From Candidatus Saccharimonadia bacterium (GTDB lineage Bacteria > Patescibacteriota > Saccharimonadia > UBA4664), in assembly GCA_035544015.1 (NCBI GenBank), contig DATKIP010000076.1:64299-128298 (forward strand): a stretch of DNA of 64,000 nt. The letters are read 5' to 3'. The first letter of the stretch is position 1. The number at the start of each line of letters is the position of its first letter. Below are positions 1 through 9,186 of this stretch, in pieces. The notes beneath the pieces were generated by a model. That model saw nothing but the letters and a program-made list of their open reading frames with translations, ran no database searches and had not been told where the DNA came from. The translations under genes and the position numbers were made by a program.

Positions 1-4
1 CCCG

Positions 5-649
5 ATGAGGCCGGCAACGAACCACAACCACGTGGAGAGGCTGAGCGCCATCATCGGCGCCGCTAAGGATGTGGCCGACATGCGCCGCAGGATGGGCGCG
101 GCGGCGCTCGACCTGGATGCGGCGTCGGACGGCTCCTGGTCGGCGCAATGGCGCACTACCGTCGCCTCGCGGCTGCCCAGTCATCACTGGCCGCAACAAT
201 CGGTGCAAATCACGGCAGTCGATGCCCGTACCGGTGAACCAGTCGTGTTCGACCGCCACAGTGGAGTCGACCTGGTCGACGCCATTGCCGCCAGTTGCGC
301 CAGTGGCCTTCCCTACAGGATAGGGGACAATCTATACATCGACGGCGGCTTCCGGTCCAACGCCGAGAATGCCGATCTGGCAGCCGGATACGCTCGGGTG
401 CTGGTGCTGTCACCATTCGGTGGCAAATCACTGCAACCGCTGGCGTGGGGCACCCATCTCGCAACCCAGATCGATGAACTCCGCGCCCGCGGCAGCCGAG
501 TCGAAACCATCTTCCCGGATAACAACTCCCGCCACATATTCGCCTTCGGCGGCAATGTGATGGATCCGTCGATGCGTCCCCCCGCCGCCCGGGCCGGTTA
601 CGACCAAGGCAAAGCTCTTGCCGCCCGTCTCGCCGAATTCTGGCACTGA
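5..649 (+). CDS. Patatin-like phospholipase (C-terminal part; true start probably upstream of the window)
   Basis: ITAVDARTGEPVVF, AIAASCA and YIDGGFRS (DGG catalytic Asp motif); the N-terminal GxSxG is not in the window. Confidence 0.85.
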   Translation: MRPATNHNHVERLSAIIGAAKDVADMRRRMGAAALDLDAASDGSWSAQWRTTVASRLPSHHWPQQSVQITAVDARTGEPVVFDRHSGVDLVDAIAASCASGLPYRIGDNLYIDGGFRSNAENADLAAGYARVLVLSPFGGKSLQPLAWGTHLATQIDELRARGSRVETIFPDNNSRHIFAFGGNVMDPSMRPPAARAGYDQGKALAARLAEFWH

Positions 650-709
650 ACCGCTCTTCGTGCATGCTGGATTTGTTATTTAACACCCCGAAATAACAAT
701 AAATATATA

Positions 710-738
710 TTGACAATCGATAAAGAATAAATTAACAT
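710..738 (+). promoter_or_regulatory. Putative sigma70 promoter of the DUF2975 gene
   Basis: TTGACA (710-715), 17-nt spacer, TAACAT (733-738); AT-rich inverted repeat TTGTTATTT/AAATAACAA just upstream. Confidence 0.55.
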
Positions 739-750
739 ATAAACATATTT

Positions 751-1212
751 ATGAAACGAAGCTCAACCATATTTCTTCAGATGGTAGTCGTGCTCATCGG
801 TGTCGGCACTCTTGCCCTGATGCTTTGGGAGCCCCAGATTGAGGGCAGGAATGCGCAGGCTACGCTCTTTGAGATATATTTCAGAGATCCATTCTTGGCG
901 TATGCGTATATCGCATCGATTGCTTTTTTCGTAGGGCTCTACAAAGCGTTCAAACTGCTGGGGTACGTAGGACGAAAAGAAGTGTTTTCACAGCGTTCCG
1001 TGAATGCGCTACGGACTATAAAATATTGCGGGGTAGCCCTTATCGCTTTTATCGCAGCGCCAGAAGCCTACTTATTTATAGCGCGGCCCGGCGATGACAT
1101 TGCGGGCGGTGTCGCGATAGGTCTCCTTCTGATTTTTGTCTCTGCCGTGATCGCCACCGCCGCGGCCGTGTTTGAAAGACGTTTACGAAGCGGCAAACGA
1201 GACGATCGATAA
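751..1212 (+). CDS. DUF2975-family membrane protein
   Basis: 4 TM segments with the typical 'AFKLLGYV..KEVFSQRSVNALRTIKYC' block. Confidence 0.8.
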   Translation: MKRSSTIFLQMVVVLIGVGTLALMLWEPQIEGRNAQATLFEIYFRDPFLAYAYIASIAFFVGLYKAFKLLGYVGRKEVFSQRSVNALRTIKYCGVALIAFIAAPEAYLFIARPGDDIAGGVAIGLLLIFVSAVIATAAAVFERRLRSGKRDDR

Positions 1213-1291
1213 TTTCGGTCCTGGCGCCGAATCCCCGTAGCAACAACCGCCATTCTGGCTCTCCATAGTACTTATGTTAAAATAATCCCTA

Positions 1292-1582
1292 ATGAAAATC
1301 CTTCGGAACGTTAAGCTATTCGGATCCCTCACAATTTCGCTCTTAATTATCGGCTTACTGCCATTCCCGTGGGAGATTGGCCTGGCAATCGACCTTCTCA
1401 CCGCCGCCACAGTAATACTTACGCTAATCTCCGGAATCATCAACCTTGTTCCTGCGGTACGTGCACATAAGTACCAGAAGACGCACTATATCAGCATGGT
1501 ATGGCTCGTACTAGCTACCATCCTCATCGCGTCATTCATCGGCGGAATACTCTTGCTAGATGCCCTCTACAAGCCGATCTGA
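1292..1582 (+). CDS. Small hypothetical membrane protein
   Basis: 96 aa, 3 hydrophobic segments, TAAAAT -10-like box upstream. Confidence 0.6.
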   Translation: MKILRNVKLFGSLTISLLIIGLLPFPWEIGLAIDLLTAATVILTLISGIINLVPAVRAHKYQKTHYISMVWLVLATILIASFIGGILLLDALYKPI

Positions 1583-1671
1583 GCTACCAAGGAGCCACCG
1601 GCACGCTCATCACTATCGAACGAAAAGAGTATATTTAAAAGACGAAGCCAACCCTAAGCGAGGACACCGCC

Positions 1672-2100
1672 ATGAGCAAAATGAACCCAGTTGTGCATTT
1701 CGAGATGGGCTATCAAGACAAAGACCGTATGATCAAATTCTACCAAACCGCCCTTAGCTGGCAGACCCAGCCGATGGGGCCCGACATGGGCGGTTACGTT
1801 GTCGCTCAAACCACCGAAACCGACGAGAATGGCATGGTCCAAACCAAAGGGGCGATTAATGGTGGGTTTTACCAAAAAACCGACGACCCCCAGGGCCAGG
1901 CCCCCTCGGTGGTAGTTTCGGTCGACGACGTTCACGAAACAATGAAGGCCGTAGAGGCCGCTGGTGGCAAGATCCTGGGCGGGCTGAACGCCCAAGGCGA
2001 ACACACCATGGAGCCGCAGATGATCCCGGGGGTTGGCCTATGGATATCGGCGATGGACACCGAGGGCAATCGATTTTCCCTCTTGCAAGCCAAGTCCTAA
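1672..2100 (+). CDS. VOC/glyoxalase-bleomycin resistance family protein
   Basis: NPVVHFE, GAINGG, VEAAGGKIL and DTEGNRFSL motifs. Confidence 0.9.
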   Translation: MSKMNPVVHFEMGYQDKDRMIKFYQTALSWQTQPMGPDMGGYVVAQTTETDENGMVQTKGAINGGFYQKTDDPQGQAPSVVVSVDDVHETMKAVEAAGGKILGGLNAQGEHTMEPQMIPGVGLWISAMDTEGNRFSLLQAKS

Positions 2101-2102
2101 TG

Positions 2103-4331
2103 ATGCAAGAATATATCCAAATCAAAGGCGCCCGCGAAAACAACCTCAAGAACGTCTCGCTGCGCATTCCCAAGCGCAAAATCACCGTCTTTACCGGCGT
2201 GTCCGGCTCGGGCAAATCATCGCTCGTGTTCGACACCGTGGCCGCCGAGGCCCAGCGCCTGCTCAACGAAAACTTCAGCATGTTCGTGCGCAATTTCTTG
2301 CCCCACCTCACTCAGCCGCACGCCGACGAAATCAAAAACCTCAGCATGGCCGTCATCGTCGACCAAAAACGCCTCGGCGGCGGCTCGCACTCCACCGTCG
2401 GCACCGTCACCGACATCGCCACCGCCCTGCGCCTCATGTTTAGCCGCGTTGGCAGGCCGTCTATCGGCTACGCCAACCTGTTTTCCTTCAACGACCCCGC
2501 CGGCATGTGCCCCGAGTGCAATGGCATGGGCCGCAGCATGGCCCTGGACCGCGAATTGGCCCTGGACACGTCCAAATCCATCGACGACGGCGCTATCAAG
2601 CTGCCGGGATATGACGGCGGCAATGTCTGGACCTACGGAGCCATGAAGGCCGCGGGCGTGGACACTACCAAAAAGCTAAAAGATTTCAGCGCGGCCGAGA
2701 TGGAAGAATTCCTCCATGGCGAGCCCCGCAAGGTCAAAGTAAACGGCATAAACCTCACGTACGAAGGCCTAGAAGGCGTCTTTACCAAGAAATATATCCT
2801 GCGCGACCTCAAAACCATGTCGGACCGCACCCAAAAGCAATTTGGTCCGTTCATCACCATGGGCGCCTGCCACCTCTGCCACGGCGCCCGCCTCAGCCAA
2901 CAAGCCTTGTCGGTAAAAGTAGAAGGCCACAACATCGCCGAGCTCTCGGCCATGCAGGTCGACGCGCTGCTCGAGGTCGTAAAGCAAATCAAAGCCCCCG
3001 AGGCGCGTGCCATCGTCGCCACCCTGCACGACCGCCTCAGCAATCTCGTCGATATCGGCCTCGGCTACCTCAGCCTCGACCGTGTCACCGACACTCTGTC
3101 CGGCGGCGAATCCCAGCGCGTCAAAATGGTGAAGCACCTCAACGGCAGCCTCGTCGACGTCATGTACATCTTCGACGAGCCCAGCGTCGGTCTGCACCCC
3201 CGCGACGTCCACCGCCTCAACGAGCTGCTCGCCAAACTCCGCGACGCCGGCAACACCGTCATCGTCGTCGAGCACGACCCCGACGTCATCCAGGCTGCCG
3301 ACCACATCATCGACGTCGGCCCCGGTGCCGGCAGCAACGGGGGAGAAGTCGTCTTCGAAGGCGCCTACCCCGAACTCCTCAAAACCGACACCCTCACCGG
3401 CCAGCACCTCAAAGACAAATCGCCCGTCAAATCCAGCTTCCGCCAACCTACCGGCCAGCTCCAAATCCGCGACGCCCACGCCAACAACCTTGCTCACATC
3501 GACGTCGACATCCCCACCGGCGTCTTCACCGTCATCACCGGCGTCGCCGGCTCGGGCAAGAGCTCACTCATCAACCAAGTCTTCCTGCGCCAACACCCCG
3601 AAGCCATCGTGGTCGACCAATCCGGCATCGGCGTCTCCACCCGCTCCAACCCCGCCACCTACACCGGCATCATGGACGTCATCCGCAAAGCCTTCGCCAC
3701 CGCCAGCAAAGCCGACATCGCACTCTTCAGTTTCAATTCCAAGGGCGCCTGCGACAATTGCAAAGGCGCCGGCTTCGTGACCACCGACCTCGCCTTCCTC
3801 GACGACGCCAAGCTCCCCTGCGACGTCTGCGAAGGCAGACGCTTCAAGCCCGAAGTGCTGGAGTACAAATACCAGGACAAAAACATTAATGAAGTCCTCA
3901 ATCTCACCGTCGCCCAGGCCATCGAATTCTTCGATCTGGGAGAAATCGCCCAAAAGCTCCAGGCCCTCAGCGACGTCGGCCTCGACTACCTCTCGCTCGG
4001 CCAGCCCCTAAGCTCACTCTCTGGCGGCGAATGCCAACGTCTCAAGCTCGCCTCGGAGCTCCACAAAAAGGGGAGCATCTACGTCCTCGACGAGCCCACC
4101 ACGGGCCTCCATATGTCCGACATCACCCGCCTCCACGCCATCATAAACCGGCTCGTAGACGCCAAAAACACCGTCATCACCATCGAGCACAACCAAGAAG
4201 TCATCCGCCAGGCCGACCACATCATCGACCTCGGCCCCGAAGGCGGCCACGCCGGCGGCCAGGTCATGTTCCAGGGCACCCCGGCCGAGCTCGTGAAGAG
4301 CGAGCAGGCGTTGATCGCGGAGTATTTGTAA
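2103..4331 (+). CDS. UvrA-like ABC excinuclease (short UvrA2/DrrC class)
   Basis: GARENNLKN; two Walker A motifs (GVSGSGKSS, GVAGSGKSS); two LSGGE signatures; Zn fingers; ~740 aa, shorter than canonical UvrA; start ATG at 2100/2103 abuts the upstream stop. Confidence 0.9.
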   Translation: MQEYIQIKGARENNLKNVSLRIPKRKITVFTGVSGSGKSSLVFDTVAAEAQRLLNENFSMFVRNFLPHLTQPHADEIKNLSMAVIVDQKRLGGGSHSTVGTVTDIATALRLMFSRVGRPSIGYANLFSFNDPAGMCPECNGMGRSMALDRELALDTSKSIDDGAIKLPGYDGGNVWTYGAMKAAGVDTTKKLKDFSAAEMEEFLHGEPRKVKVNGINLTYEGLEGVFTKKYILRDLKTMSDRTQKQFGPFITMGACHLCHGARLSQQALSVKVEGHNIAELSAMQVDALLEVVKQIKAPEARAIVATLHDRLSNLVDIGLGYLSLDRVTDTLSGGESQRVKMVKHLNGSLVDVMYIFDEPSVGLHPRDVHRLNELLAKLRDAGNTVIVVEHDPDVIQAADHIIDVGPGAGSNGGEVVFEGAYPELLKTDTLTGQHLKDKSPVKSSFRQPTGQLQIRDAHANNLAHIDVDIPTGVFTVITGVAGSGKSSLINQVFLRQHPEAIVVDQSGIGVSTRSNPATYTGIMDVIRKAFATASKADIALFSFNSKGACDNCKGAGFVTTDLAFLDDAKLPCDVCEGRRFKPEVLEYKYQDKNINEVLNLTVAQAIEFFDLGEIAQKLQALSDVGLDYLSLGQPLSSLSGGECQRLKLASELHKKGSIYVLDEPTTGLHMSDITRLHAIINRLVDAKNTVITIEHNQEVIRQADHIIDLGPEGGHAGGQVMFQGTPAELVKSEQALIAEYL

Positions 4332-4346
4332 GTTAGCTTAGATTAG

Positions 4347-5000
4347 TTAATCCAGTGTGTTAAACAGCTGTTCTAGTTTCTGGACTAAACCATCATCCTT
4401 ACGAAATTGAGGCGGCTCTTGAAAGAAGACTCCAAATACGCCTTCGAGATATTGAATAATGATGTCGTTAATCAAATAGCCGAAGAAATCATCTTGCTCC
4501 GCTAAATCAGACAGCACCTCAAAATACGATTTTGGCTCAACATGAACTACAATTTTATCGCGTAAGTTTAGCAAACTTTGTAATCTAGAATCAGTTCCCA
4601 AAATTTGCAGCGAAGGGATGTTAGTAACTCCGAGCTTCCCGCCCCACATAGGTAATTTGGTGCTCAGAGTAAACACTGACGCTGGTTCATTGGAGCCCGT
4701 AGGCTTATCGAACAAGTTACTTACATGAACGATAACGTCCAAATAGGCCCACCACGATATGGTCATCCGGAGGCTGTGGGCTTCCATAGCGATGGCAGTG
4801 GACAGGTCTGGGCGCAATACGTCAAAGACTCGAAACTTTTCTTCTGCTTGTCCGGCATAGAAAAATAAAAATGCGCAGAATCTTTTTAGTTTTATAGCCT
4901 CGGGTGAATTTTGATTTTGTATTTGCTTCTTAAAAACAAACAGTGATTCGAATTCCTCAAAAACTGTTTCAGGATCGAGCAGCGTGATAGGTTCTTCCAT
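4347..5000 (-). CDS. AT-rich hypothetical protein, possible HEPN (AbiU2-like) RNase
   Basis: Mostly helical; LRDKIVVH gives an Rx5H motif near the C-terminus. Confidence 0.5.
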   Translation of the reverse strand: MEEPITLLDPETVFEEFESLFVFKKQIQNQNSPEAIKLKRFCAFLFFYAGQAEEKFRVFDVLRPDLSTAIAMEAHSLRMTISWWAYLDVIVHVSNLFDKPTGSNEPASVFTLSTKLPMWGGKLGVTNIPSLQILGTDSRLQSLLNLRDKIVVHVEPKSYFEVLSDLAEQDDFFGYLINDIIIQYLEGVFGVFFQEPPQFRKDDGLVQKLEQLFNTLD

Positions 5001-5111
5001 AGCTATTAATTATATTCCACCCAAACAAACTAGCTAAAAATACGCATAATTAGTACTGAAAGAGTAACTAATAAATGCTATAATACTGCTTAGCAAAGGC
5101 AAAATACACCT

Positions 5112-5453
5112 GTGTCATATACCATTATCATGTATGAAACACCAAGCGGCCAGCCGTTGGTACAAAACTTCATAGACGGCGTCCAAAAGGGAACTCGGGC
5201 GAAGGTCTATCGTCAGATTGATCTGCTGGAGTTGTACGGCCCGCAGCTCGGGATGCCCCACTCGAAGCCAATGGGCGGTGGTCTGTACGAGCTGAGAGTA
5301 CGTGGTCAGCAAGAAGTCCGCGTGTTTTACATATTTGCTGTCGAGAATACGGTATATCTGCTTCATGGTTTCCAGAAGAAGAGCCAGTCCACCCCCAAGA
5401 AAGAATTAGACTTAGCTCGACGGCGCCAGGGAGAGATTGAAGCTCAGAACTAG
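5112..5453 (+). CDS. Type II TA toxin, RelE/HigB (Gp49-like) family
   Basis: GPQLGMPHSKPM, LYELRV, LLHGFQKKSQSTPKKE. Confidence 0.9.
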   Translation: MSYTIIMYETPSGQPLVQNFIDGVQKGTRAKVYRQIDLLELYGPQLGMPHSKPMGGGLYELRVRGQQEVRVFYIFAVENTVYLLHGFQKKSQSTPKKELDLARRRQGEIEAQN

Positions 5454-5525
5454 TATAGGATTGCACATTTAACACATATATGCAATAATACCGTTAATAG
5501 TCTAAAAGCATGAAGGCGCTGCATT

Positions 5526-5801
5526 ATGAAAGATTGGAAGTCCTACAAAGAGGAATCCCTCAAAAACGACCCAGAGCTCGCGCATCTTTATGATGAGCTT
5601 GAGCCGGAGTACCAACTTGCCCGAAGTTTCATCGAGGCTCGTATCGCCAAGGGTTTGACGCAAATCGAACTCGCGCAAAAGGCAGGTGTTGGCCAAACGG
5701 TCATCGCACGCCTTGAGAGCGGCACATCTAACCCAACAGTAGCAACCGTTAGCAAAGTTGCTAGGGTGCTGGGCCAAGAGTACAGACTAGTTAAGGCGTA
5801 A
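5526..5801 (+). CDS. XRE-family HTH antitoxin (HigA-like)
   Basis: ARIAKGLTQIELAQKAGVGQTVIARLESG; directly follows the toxin. Confidence 0.9.
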   Translation: MKDWKSYKEESLKNDPELAHLYDELEPEYQLARSFIEARIAKGLTQIELAQKAGVGQTVIARLESGTSNPTVATVSKVARVLGQEYRLVKA

Positions 5802-6207
5802 GGTCTACCTTCAAAAATTCAGCCGGAGCCATAATATTGATACCCTCGTAGCTTTTAAGTACGAGGAGATCTTTATCACCGCTCACGATGCAGCTACAAC
5901 CGCCAATGACCGCCGTTTCCAGCACCCGGTTGTCGTCTTCGTCCCGAGACACATGAACACTAACGCCTCCCAGCCTCACGAGCTCCGTTTCTTGCTCGAT
6001 AAGTAGCTCCATGAGAGCAAAATCGGGATCAAAATCCGAAAATTTCTGTGTGATTTTGCGCCGCATCTCGGTCAAAATTTCGGAGGAAATAACTACCTCG
6101 ATCATCCCGCGAGCCAGCAACTCAACCACTTGTCGCGGCTTTCCCCCGAATACGAGCGCAGACAGCCAGACATTAGTATCTATGACGACCCTTGGCCTAG
6201 CGTTCAT
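5791..6207 (-). CDS. PIN-domain (VapC-like) toxin
   Basis: VVIDTNVWLSA, RDEDDNRVLETA, IVSGDKDLL; start placed at ATG 6207, overlapping the antitoxin end. Confidence 0.9.
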   Translation of the reverse strand: MNARPRVVIDTNVWLSALVFGGKPRQVVELLARGMIEVVISSEILTEMRRKITQKFSDFDPDFALMELLIEQETELVRLGGVSVHVSRDEDDNRVLETAVIGGCSCIVSGDKDLLVLKSYEGINIMAPAEFLKVDLTP

Positions 6208-6436
6208 TGGGGCTGTCGAGAATTTGATACGCTTGCTCCTCGCTCGAAATACCCATCTGGCGACCCTTCGCATTAGCCGCATCCAGCAGGCTCCCCCAAC
6301 GTCGCCGGCGACTCAAATCAGCCAAGGCCAGCCGGCGAAAGTATTCACTTCTACTCCCCAAATCCTGCTTGACCGCTTCGTCTACATCTTTTAACAATGT
6401 TTCGTCCAGCGCAATATTGAGTGTTTTTGTGGCCAT
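6197..6436 (-). CDS. Ribbon-helix-helix (CopG-type) antitoxin
   Basis: MATKTLNIALDETLLKDVD...SRSEYFRR; upstream of the PIN gene. Confidence 0.85.
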   Translation of the reverse strand: MATKTLNIALDETLLKDVDEAVKQDLGSRSEYFRRLALADLSRRRRWGSLLDAANAKGRQMGISSEEQAYQILDSPNER

Positions 6437-6585
6437 ACGTAACGAGCTCCTATATGGACAGATTGTATAGGTTTTGTTGATATGTGTCAATTCCTAACAA
6501 AAATAGCGCCGACACATATCTATACATTCATAAAAAGCCTACACTGCACACAGCGTTAGTATCAAATAAGCAGAAGGGTCCAATC

Positions 6586-7269
6586 ATGCCCTCGCATCGC
6601 AAAATCTCCCTAACCGCGGGCATCCTTTATCTCCTCACCTTCGTCTCCATCCCCACCCTGGCGCTCTACACCCAAGTCAAAAGCACCGGCTACATCACCG
6701 GCGCCGGGCCGGACACGGCCGCCATCATCGGCGGCATCCTGGAGATCATCGTGGCGCTGGCCGGCATCGCCACCGCCGTGGTGCTGTTCCCGATCCTCAA
6801 AAAGCAAAGTGAAACCCTCGCGCTCGGCCTGGTGGCTGCCCGCGTCCTCGAATCCAGTGCCATCTTCGTCGGCGTGGCGTTCGTGCTGTCCATTGTGGCC
6901 CTGCGGCAGGCCGGAGCCGGCGCCGACGTGCTGCCCATCGGCCACGCGCTTGCCACCCTGTACGACCGCATCTTTTTCCTCAGCCAAAGCTTCATGCCCG
7001 CCATCTGCGACCTGTTGCTGGGCACGTTGCTGTACCGGTCGCGCCTGGTGCCGCGCGGCCTGGCGCTCATCGGCATCGTCGGCGGTCCCATTCTCATCCT
7101 TGGCTACCTCGCTGTGTTCTTTGGCCTCTTGGGGCAGCATGCCCCCCTGGCCGGCCTAAGCGCCCTGCCGGTGGCGGCGTTTGAGATTTCGCTCGGCATC
7201 TGGCTAGTCGTCAAAGGCTTCAACCCTCGGGCCGCCGCCGCGCTCGAGTCCAAACGCTCCGCTACTTAG
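6586..7269 (+). CDS. DUF4386-family membrane protein
   Basis: AGILYLLTFVSIP, LYRSRLVPR and FEISLGIWLVVKGF; ~7 TM. Confidence 0.85.
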   Translation: MPSHRKISLTAGILYLLTFVSIPTLALYTQVKSTGYITGAGPDTAAIIGGILEIIVALAGIATAVVLFPILKKQSETLALGLVAARVLESSAIFVGVAFVLSIVALRQAGAGADVLPIGHALATLYDRIFFLSQSFMPAICDLLLGTLLYRSRLVPRGLALIGIVGGPILILGYLAVFFGLLGQHAPLAGLSALPVAAFEISLGIWLVVKGFNPRAAAALESKRSAT

Positions 7270-7594
7270 CCGCCTGCCGCAGCCCCAAAACATTCCCGCT
7301 CGGGTCTTTAATCTGAGCAATCAGCAACCCGCCGCCCACGTCTTTGGGCTCTTGGACCGTACTGGCGCCGGCGTCCAGGTAGGTCTTTAGGCTCGCGGCG
7401 ATGTCGTCTACATCAATATACCCAATCACCGCCTGCCCGTTTGGGTCCAGGCCAACCTCCAAATCACCTACCTTATATCCCACGTAATACGCGCTCTCCG
7501 CGTAGGGTTCGACGCCCAAAAACGTCTTAAAAAATGCCTTGCTCTCGTCCAAGTCCTTAACCGGATACACGAGTAATGTAATGTTCTCCGCCAT
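7262..7594 (-). CDS. VOC/glyoxalase family protein
   Basis: YPVKDLDESKAFF, VDDIAASL, DPSGNVLGL. Confidence 0.9.
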   Translation of the reverse strand: MAENITLLVYPVKDLDESKAFFKTFLGVEPYAESAYYVGYKVGDLEVGLDPNGQAVIGYIDVDDIAASLKTYLDAGASTVQEPKDVGGGLLIAQIKDPSGNVLGLRQAAK

Positions 7595-7650
7595 GAAGTC
7601 TCCTTTTTGCATTGTGAGCTAACTATACACATGCTTGATACAATGAAGCC

Positions 7651-8160
7651 ATGAAAAACCCTCGTGAAAAGCCCGGAGACAACCTTGAATTTCGAGCCGA
7701 ATTGCTCAAGGAGCGCATTTACGCCACCCTGGCCCTGCTGGCGATCCTGCTGACCATCGACCCCGCCCACACCTCGACGTTAAAAGCCGCGATTGTGGTG
7801 CTCGGCACGGCCCTCTCGCTGTGGGGCGCCAGCCTGATCGCCGCCGGCATGTCGTACCGGGTAGTGATGCAGCGGCCGGAGCCCGAAACCAGCTTTAAGC
7901 GCCGGGTAGTGCTGCACTCGCCATTACTCGCGGCCGCCGCTTTTCCACTGCTGACAATCGCGCTGTCGGCGCTGGGTTTTATCAGCCTGTCCGTCGCCGT
8001 GGACGTATCGATCGGCGCCTCGTTGCTCCTGCTTCTGGGGTGGTCGTTGCTGTCGGCTCGGGCCGTCGGGGCCGGCCGGCTCGCCACGCTCGTCGTGGCC
8101 GCTATCGAGCTAGCTATTGGCTTGGCGGTGGTCTGGTTAAAAATGACCGTGGGCCATTGA
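7651..8160 (+). CDS. Hypothetical membrane protein
   Basis: LKERIYAT start followed by ~5 TM helices. Confidence 0.75.
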   Translation: MKNPREKPGDNLEFRAELLKERIYATLALLAILLTIDPAHTSTLKAAIVVLGTALSLWGASLIAAGMSYRVVMQRPEPETSFKRRVVLHSPLLAAAAFPLLTIALSALGFISLSVAVDVSIGASLLLLLGWSLLSARAVGAGRLATLVVAAIELAIGLAVVWLKMTVGH

Positions 8161-8162
8161 GA

Positions 8163-8555
8163 GTGAAAAAAGCAGAAATTAACCTGCTTGAGCTTCGAGA
8201 AGCGCTAGAAGCATCCTGGGATTCGTCGACGTCCTACCTCGGTGCTTCGGAAGCCGGTAATCCGGCGCTTGGCCAATGCTACCCGACCTCGCGAGTGGTG
8301 CAGCATTTCTTCCCAGCCGCCGAGATTGCCGAAGGAGAGGTCTGGACGGGCAAAGCCATCGAGAAGCATTTCTGGAATGTTCTGCGGTCCGGTGGAGATG
8401 ATTATCATATCGACCTTACCTGGCAACAGTTCCCGCCCGGGTCATCGGTGCGATCTTTTAAAATCCGCGACAGGAAAACGCTTGGTGACGGACCCGCTAC
8501 GGTGAAACGGTGTGCGTTACTGCTGGATCGCGTAAGCAGCTATCTATCAAAATAG
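8163..8555 (+). CDS. YunG-like protein (papain-like Cys-His-Asp motifs)
   Basis: NPALGQCYPTS, HFWN, IDLTWQQF; GTG start right after the previous stop. Confidence 0.7.
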   Translation: MKKAEINLLELREALEASWDSSTSYLGASEAGNPALGQCYPTSRVVQHFFPAAEIAEGEVWTGKAIEKHFWNVLRSGGDDYHIDLTWQQFPPGSSVRSFKIRDRKTLGDGPATVKRCALLLDRVSSYLSK

Positions 8556-8668
8556 CTAGCCGCTCTGAAAACAATGATCGAAAACACTTTTCGGGCACGC
8601 GTCAACTAAGCGTATAATACTAATGGTTTTAAGCTTATTTTCATAATAGGGGGTCGAAAGGCAAATAT

Positions 8669-9058
8669 ATGTACGACTACAGCACGGATACCACTAACTC
8701 CTCATCTTCCATGTCCGGAGGCCAAGTAATTGGCTCCCTCATAGCCGCCGCCATCATTCTGGCGGGCATGTGGAAAATCTTTACGAAGGCCAAGCAGCCG
8801 GGATGGGCGGTGATCATTCCGATTTATAATACCTACATCCTGCTTAAGATCATCGGCCGGCCGTGGTGGTGGTTGCTGCTCTTGCTCATTCCCATCGTGA
8901 ACATTGTGCTCGGCATTATGATGTACCACGAGCTCGCGAAATCCTTCGGCAAGGGCGTCGGCTACACCCTGCTGCTGCTCTTGTTGCCATTTATTGGGTT
9001 CCCGGTGCTCGGGTTCGGCTCCGCCCAGTACCAGGGCCCGGCTGCTGGCCGCGCCTAA
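8669..9058 (+). CDS. DUF5684-family membrane protein
   Basis: WKIFTKAKQPGWAVIIPIYN, LAKSFGKG, LGFGSAQY. Confidence 0.85.
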   Translation: MYDYSTDTTNSSSSMSGGQVIGSLIAAAIILAGMWKIFTKAKQPGWAVIIPIYNTYILLKIIGRPWWWLLLLLIPIVNIVLGIMMYHELAKSFGKGVGYTLLLLLLPFIGFPVLGFGSAQYQGPAAGRA

Positions 9059-9186
9059 ACCGACCGGCGAACAATCTCGCTCGCCAGGTATGGTTGAGGT
9101 CGGATTCTGCCTTCCCCCAAGCCCCTTCTTTGCTATACTATGAGGCAGATAAGAGGTGATGTAATGAGTAGAGCCGGGGCCAGCTA

